Assembly (NCBI RefSeq): GCF_030646925.1
Contig: NZ_JAUSKL010000124.1
Coordinates: forward strand, 48,298-112,297
Reading direction: 5' to 3'
DNA from: Candidatus Binatus sp.
GTDB taxonomy: Bacteria > Desulfobacterota > Binatia > Binatales > Binataceae
Length of the DNA stretch: 64,000 nt
Shown: piece by piece, positions 60,121 through 64,000 of the stretch
Numbering within the stretch: the stretch's first letter is position 1
Layout of the letters: every line of letters begins with the position of its first letter
Position numbers and translations under genes: made by a program
The notes under the pieces: model-generated
Databases searched by the model: none
Seen by the model: the letters and a program-made list of their open reading frames with translations, nothing else
What the model was told of the DNA's origin: nothing

Positions 60121-61412
60121 CGAAGTCCGCGCTCGAGACTGAGGCGAATCGCATCGGCGAACCGATCGAGATGGTCGCGCCGCTTTCGTCGGCGCCGTCG
60201 CTCGCAGACATCGATGCCACCCGCGTGGCGCTCCGCGATGCGTCCCGCAAACCAATCGCGCCATCTCGAATCGCCGATGCGATCGCGCGCGCAATCTCTC
60301 TTTGGCGCGATCGACAGCATCCGCGGCGCGTCGATGCGGTCGCGCGAATCACGCGCAACGCCGGATTCTCACTCCCGCTGATGAACGATTCGATCGACGC
60401 CTTGTTGCGGCCGTTCACGCGCGAAGCGTTGGCGACGCTCGCCGAACGAGTCACTCGGCGCGGCGCGAGGAAGCAGGCCGAGTTGCTCGGTTTCATCATG
60501 GCGGGCAACGTCGCTGGTGCGGGATTGCACGAAGTTGCGATCGCGCTCGTTGCCGGCGCGACGCTGCTGGTCAAGACCGCGTCCAATGAGCCGATTTTTT
60601 TTGCCGAGTTTGTCCGCACGCTCGCGGATATCGATCCTGAAGTTGCGTCGCGAATCGCGGTTTTCTCCTGGCCTCGAGATCGCATCGATCTTACGGCGGC
60701 GCACGTAGCCAACTGCGATCTCATCGTCGCTTATGGTGACGACGCGACGATCGCCTCGATTGCGGCTCGCAACCTGATCGGTTTCGGCAGTCGCGTCAGC
60801 GGCGCGGTGGTCGCCGGAAGCGCGGCCATATCCTCGCAGATCGACACGATGACAGATTTGCTCGCGCGCGACGTCGCGTACTTCGAACAGCTCGGCTGCC
60901 TTTCGCCGCATCATATTTTCGTTGTCACGCCGCGGCCGGAAATCGCGAGCAAGTTTGCAAATGAAATGTCCGTCGCGTTCGAGCGATTGTCGAAATCGAT
61001 GCCGCCTGCGAAAATCCCCCTGATCGACGCGGCTAAAATTTTAAGCGTCCGCGAGAATGCGCGATGGCGCCGCATTTCCGGTGATACGATTCAGCTCATG
61101 GAAGGTCCGCAACTCGGATGGACGGCGATTTTCGATCCTGATGCAGCGTTTTCGGTATCGCCAGGGTTTCGCACGGTCGTCATCAGCGCCGTTCGCGACT
61201 GGCAGGATCTTCGGTTCCGGCTGCTTCCAGCGAAAGGTCTTATTGAAGCGTTTGGATTTTCCGGCAATCAATCCGAGTTGGCGGATTTTCGCGCGCTCGC
61301 GGGCGAACTCGGCATTTCGTACGTCGCGCAAGTCGGCGAGATGCAGTCGCCGCCACTGGATTGGCCACATGGCGGCGGCGCGTTTCTCGACGCTATGATC
61401 GGAGTGCGATGA
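60117..61412 (+). CDS. LuxC-like acyl-CoA reductase (aldehyde-forming)
   Basis: ALDH-like fold with EQLGCLSPHHIFV catalytic-Cys region as in LuxC; start overlaps luxE stop (ATGA). Confidence 0.7.
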   Translation: MTKSALETEANRIGEPIEMVAPLSSAPSLADIDATRVALRDASRKPIAPSRIADAIARAISLWRDRQHPRRVDAVARITRNAGFSLPLMNDSIDALLRPFTREALATLAERVTRRGARKQAELLGFIMAGNVAGAGLHEVAIALVAGATLLVKTASNEPIFFAEFVRTLADIDPEVASRIAVFSWPRDRIDLTAAHVANCDLIVAYGDDATIASIAARNLIGFGSRVSGAVVAGSAAISSQIDTMTDLLARDVAYFEQLGCLSPHHIFVVTPRPEIASKFANEMSVAFERLSKSMPPAKIPLIDAAKILSVRENARWRRISGDTIQLMEGPQLGWTAIFDPDAAFSVSPGFRTVVISAVRDWQDLRFRLLPAKGLIEAFGFSGNQSELADFRALAGELGISYVAQVGEMQSPPLDWPHGGGAFLDAMIGVR

Positions 61413-62626
61413 CTGAACTCCACGAACTGTTTCTCAAGCGGCTGGCGCAAACTTCGGACGCGCCGATCGCGCTCGAAATTTCACGCGCCGAGGGATGCTG
61501 GCTCGTCGCGGCGGACGGCAGGCGCTATCTCGATTTGATTGCCGGCATCGGCGTGTCGGCGCTCGGCCACGGCCATCCCAACGTCATCGCCGCGATTGAA
61601 GCGCAGGCGCGCCGCCATCTGCACGTGATGGTCTATGGCGAATACGTGATCGAGGCCCAGGTGCAACTCGCGCGGCGACTGACTGAGCTGCTGCCGACAA
61701 AACTCGAACGCGTTTACTTCACGAATAGCGGCGCCGAGGCAATCGAAGGCACGCTCAAGGTCGCGCGCAAAGCGACCGGACGCGAAGCATTCGCGGCCTT
61801 TGACGGTGCGTATCATGGCGACACGATGGGGGCGCTCGCGCTTGCGGGAAATCCCGCGTTTCGCGCGCCCTTCGGCAATTTGCCCGGTCCCGTGCGTCAT
61901 CTTCCGTTCGGCGATTCCGCCGCGCTCGATCAGATCGATTCGACGATCGCCGCCGTTGTGATCGAACCCGTTCAAGCCGAAGGCGGCGTGCGAATACCGG
62001 CGGCTTCGTTCATGCGATCGTTGCGCGATCGATGCGATCAGGTTGGCGCGCTGCTTGTTTTCGACGAAGTGCTGACCGGCTTCGGGCGCACCGGCAAGCT
62101 TTTCGCTCTCGAACATTTCGGCGTCGTGCCAGACATCATCGTGATGGCGAAAGCGCTCGGCGGCGGGATGCCGCTCGGCGCGTTCTGCGGCAGCGACGAT
62201 CTGATCGGCACATTGTCGCACGATCCACCGCTCGGACACCTCACGACTTTCGGCGGCCATCCACTGTCGTGCGCCGCCGCGCTCGCCTCGCTCGAAGTGA
62301 TCGTGGCGGACGACCTGAGCGCGCGCGCCGCCATGATCGGCGCGGATCTCGCTCGGCGCTTGCGCGAAATCAACGCGCCCGAGATGACGGCGATTCGCGC
62401 AATCGGATTGCTCATCGGGATCGAATTTGCCGAGGCGCAATTCGCGCATCGTTTCGTCGCGGAGACAATCTCGCGCGGCGTGATCGTCAACTGGACGCTG
62501 AATGCCGACAAGGTGGTCCGACTCGCACCGCCGCTCACGATCGAAGCCGCGGAAATCGATTTCGCAGTTGCGAGGATGATCGAAGCCCTTGATGCGACGC
62601 GGCAGGAACGTCAAGTTGTCCGGTAG
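61409..62626 (+). CDS. class III (PLP fold type I) aminotransferase, acetylornithine/omega-aminotransferase-like
   Basis: GIGVSALGHGHP, DEVLTGFGRTGKLFA (Lys in MAKALGGGMPLGA region); start overlaps luxC stop (ATGA). Confidence 0.85.
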   Translation: MTELHELFLKRLAQTSDAPIALEISRAEGCWLVAADGRRYLDLIAGIGVSALGHGHPNVIAAIEAQARRHLHVMVYGEYVIEAQVQLARRLTELLPTKLERVYFTNSGAEAIEGTLKVARKATGREAFAAFDGAYHGDTMGALALAGNPAFRAPFGNLPGPVRHLPFGDSAALDQIDSTIAAVVIEPVQAEGGVRIPAASFMRSLRDRCDQVGALLVFDEVLTGFGRTGKLFALEHFGVVPDIIVMAKALGGGMPLGAFCGSDDLIGTLSHDPPLGHLTTFGGHPLSCAAALASLEVIVADDLSARAAMIGADLARRLREINAPEMTAIRAIGLLIGIEFAEAQFAHRFVAETISRGVIVNWTLNADKVVRLAPPLTIEAAEIDFAVARMIEALDATRQERQVVR

Positions 62627-62675
62627 TAGTTTGCGGTCCTCCGAGGCGGGGAATTCCAATGGCGGAAGGGCAGCG

Positions 62676-63980
62676 ATGAACGTCAGGGAAGTTGAAGCGC
62701 GGTCGGCGCCGAGGTTCCCGGACGTCTTGCGCACCACTTCAGAGCTGGAGTGGACCAAAGACGACGAGGAATCCCTCCGCACGATCAAGCTCGGCACCGC
62801 GCTCGGCGTGCTGATGCTGGTCGCGTATCTCGAGTACGATCTGCGCATCCGCGGACACGGGGGCATCGGCGCGACCTTTCACTGGATCATCCTCGGCGGC
62901 ACCGCGGTGTTTTTCGGCACCCTTTGGACGCGCGCATTCCGGCGCCAGTGGAAGCTGTGGACGTTTTCGATCTCCTTATTCCTGATGTGGATGTTCACGA
63001 TCATCAGCGCCTCGACGCGCGATCCCGAGTCGCGCTTCATCACGATGGCGCTCTGCCCGATGGCGACCGCGTCATTCGTAAACTGGGGACCACGCTGGCA
63101 GTTTTCGATGGCGGCGATTTCGCTCGCGACCTTCAGCGCCGCGCAATATTTCGTGCCGATCGAGAACCCGTTCATCATGTACCAGTGGCTGGGATTGGTG
63201 GCCGCGCTCGGAATCGCGCAGTTCACCGCGATCTACATCGATCGCTATCGCCGCCGGCTGAGCCGGCAAGTCGAGGATCTCGAGGAGGCGGCGCGCTTTC
63301 GCCAGAACCAAATCGCCACCATGGCGCATGACATACGGAGCCCGGTCGCCGCGCTCAGCGGCTACGTCAATCTGCTGGAAGAGGATCACGCTGATGCAAA
63401 GGAGCGCGCCGACGTCCTCGGGCGAATCGGCTCGACCGCGTGGTACATGGACCTGCTCGTCAGCAACGTGCTGGATTTGTACCAGGTGCAGGAACGCAAC
63501 ATCGTGGCGTCTCCGATCGATCTGGATCCGAATCTTCTGCTCGCCGAGATAACCGCGGATTGCGCGGTGCAGGCGCGCCGCCGTCATCTCTCGCTCCGCA
63601 CCGAATTTTCGAGCCTCCCGCCGTGCCGGCTCGATCCGCGCCATTTCGAGCGCATCGTGAGAAATCTGATCGCGTTTGCGATCGTTCGTTCCGTCACCGA
63701 CGAAGTGGTCCTGCGAACCGCGCTGCGCGGCCGCTGGATCGTCGTCGAGGTCACTGACGACGGCCCCTCGCCGACTCCGGACGAGCTTGCCACGCTGTTC
63801 GATGCGCCCAGCAGCGACGGCCGGAGAGGCCGTGCGCGAGGTCTGGGATTGTACATCGCGCGGGCGATGGCGCGAGCGGCGGGCGGACGCATCGAGGCGC
63901 GCTACGCCGGCGCGCGCGGGATCACACTGACCGCCGAGTTGCCGATCGAAGCGGCGCCGCGCCAACGTCAACTGGATTAA
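62676..63980 (+). CDS. membrane sensor histidine kinase
   Basis: ~6 TM N-terminal sensor, H-box MAHDIRSPVAALSGY, HATPase G-boxes (GLGLYIARAMARAAGGRIE). Confidence 0.8.
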   Translation: MNVREVEARSAPRFPDVLRTTSELEWTKDDEESLRTIKLGTALGVLMLVAYLEYDLRIRGHGGIGATFHWIILGGTAVFFGTLWTRAFRRQWKLWTFSISLFLMWMFTIISASTRDPESRFITMALCPMATASFVNWGPRWQFSMAAISLATFSAAQYFVPIENPFIMYQWLGLVAALGIAQFTAIYIDRYRRRLSRQVEDLEEAARFRQNQIATMAHDIRSPVAALSGYVNLLEEDHADAKERADVLGRIGSTAWYMDLLVSNVLDLYQVQERNIVASPIDLDPNLLLAEITADCAVQARRRHLSLRTEFSSLPPCRLDPRHFERIVRNLIAFAIVRSVTDEVVLRTALRGRWIVVEVTDDGPSPTPDELATLFDAPSSDGRRGRARGLGLYIARAMARAAGGRIEARYAGARGITLTAELPIEAAPRQRQLD

Positions 63981-64000
63981 AGCATCGCGCTTGCCCCATG

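Noticed and set aside
59885-63971. Minus-strand ORFs of 279, 461 and 299 aa
   Set aside because: Antisense to the luxE/luxC/aminotransferase/kinase operon.

Overview
High-GC (~65%) bacterial chromosomal segment, probably a soil-type Gram-negative lineage. Hopanoid genes hpnI/hpnJ, an RF2 gene with a programmed frameshift, many LLM oxidoreductases and CoA-transferases are present. A conserved core (recN 3' end, panE, prfB, clpB, ggt, plsY, glnB, glyQS, ppdK, acyl-CoA metabolism) is interrupted by several lower-GC accessory islets. (1) A 3-gene operon of unknown proteins lies directly downstream of tRNA-Ala. (2) A P3A-type P-type ATPase plus a Cys-rich secreted protein is bracketed by two ~276-bp, ~90% identical direct copies of a small membrane-protein gene. 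(3) A RES-Xre toxin-antitoxin pair. (4) A TcmP / Gp37-Gp68 (DUF5131, three-Cys motif) two-gene cassette sits between prfB and a tRNA-Asn att-like repeat, flanked by a 13-bp direct repeat. (5) An integrase-less islet is bounded by tRNA-Asn and a 32-nt copy of its 3' end; it carries mazEF, a large repeat protein with a C-terminal S74 intramolecular-chaperone domain and a secreted unknown. (6) A frameshifted IS1595-family transposase with small unknown cargo ORFs. (7) A truncated MmeI-like restriction enzyme N-terminal fragment next to clpB. (8) A C-terminal fragment of a CzcA/CusA-type RND pump. (9) A translationally coupled LuxE-LuxC-aminotransferase module with an adjacent sensor kinase. The window is also littered with GC-rich palindromic intergenic repeats, one family showing compensatory base changes that suggest RNA structure. 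Many long ORFs in the track are antisense or alternative-frame artefacts of high GC and were not called. Coordinates of starts are frame-consistent with the ORF track; tRNA and repeat coordinates are read by eye and may be off by 1-2 nt.
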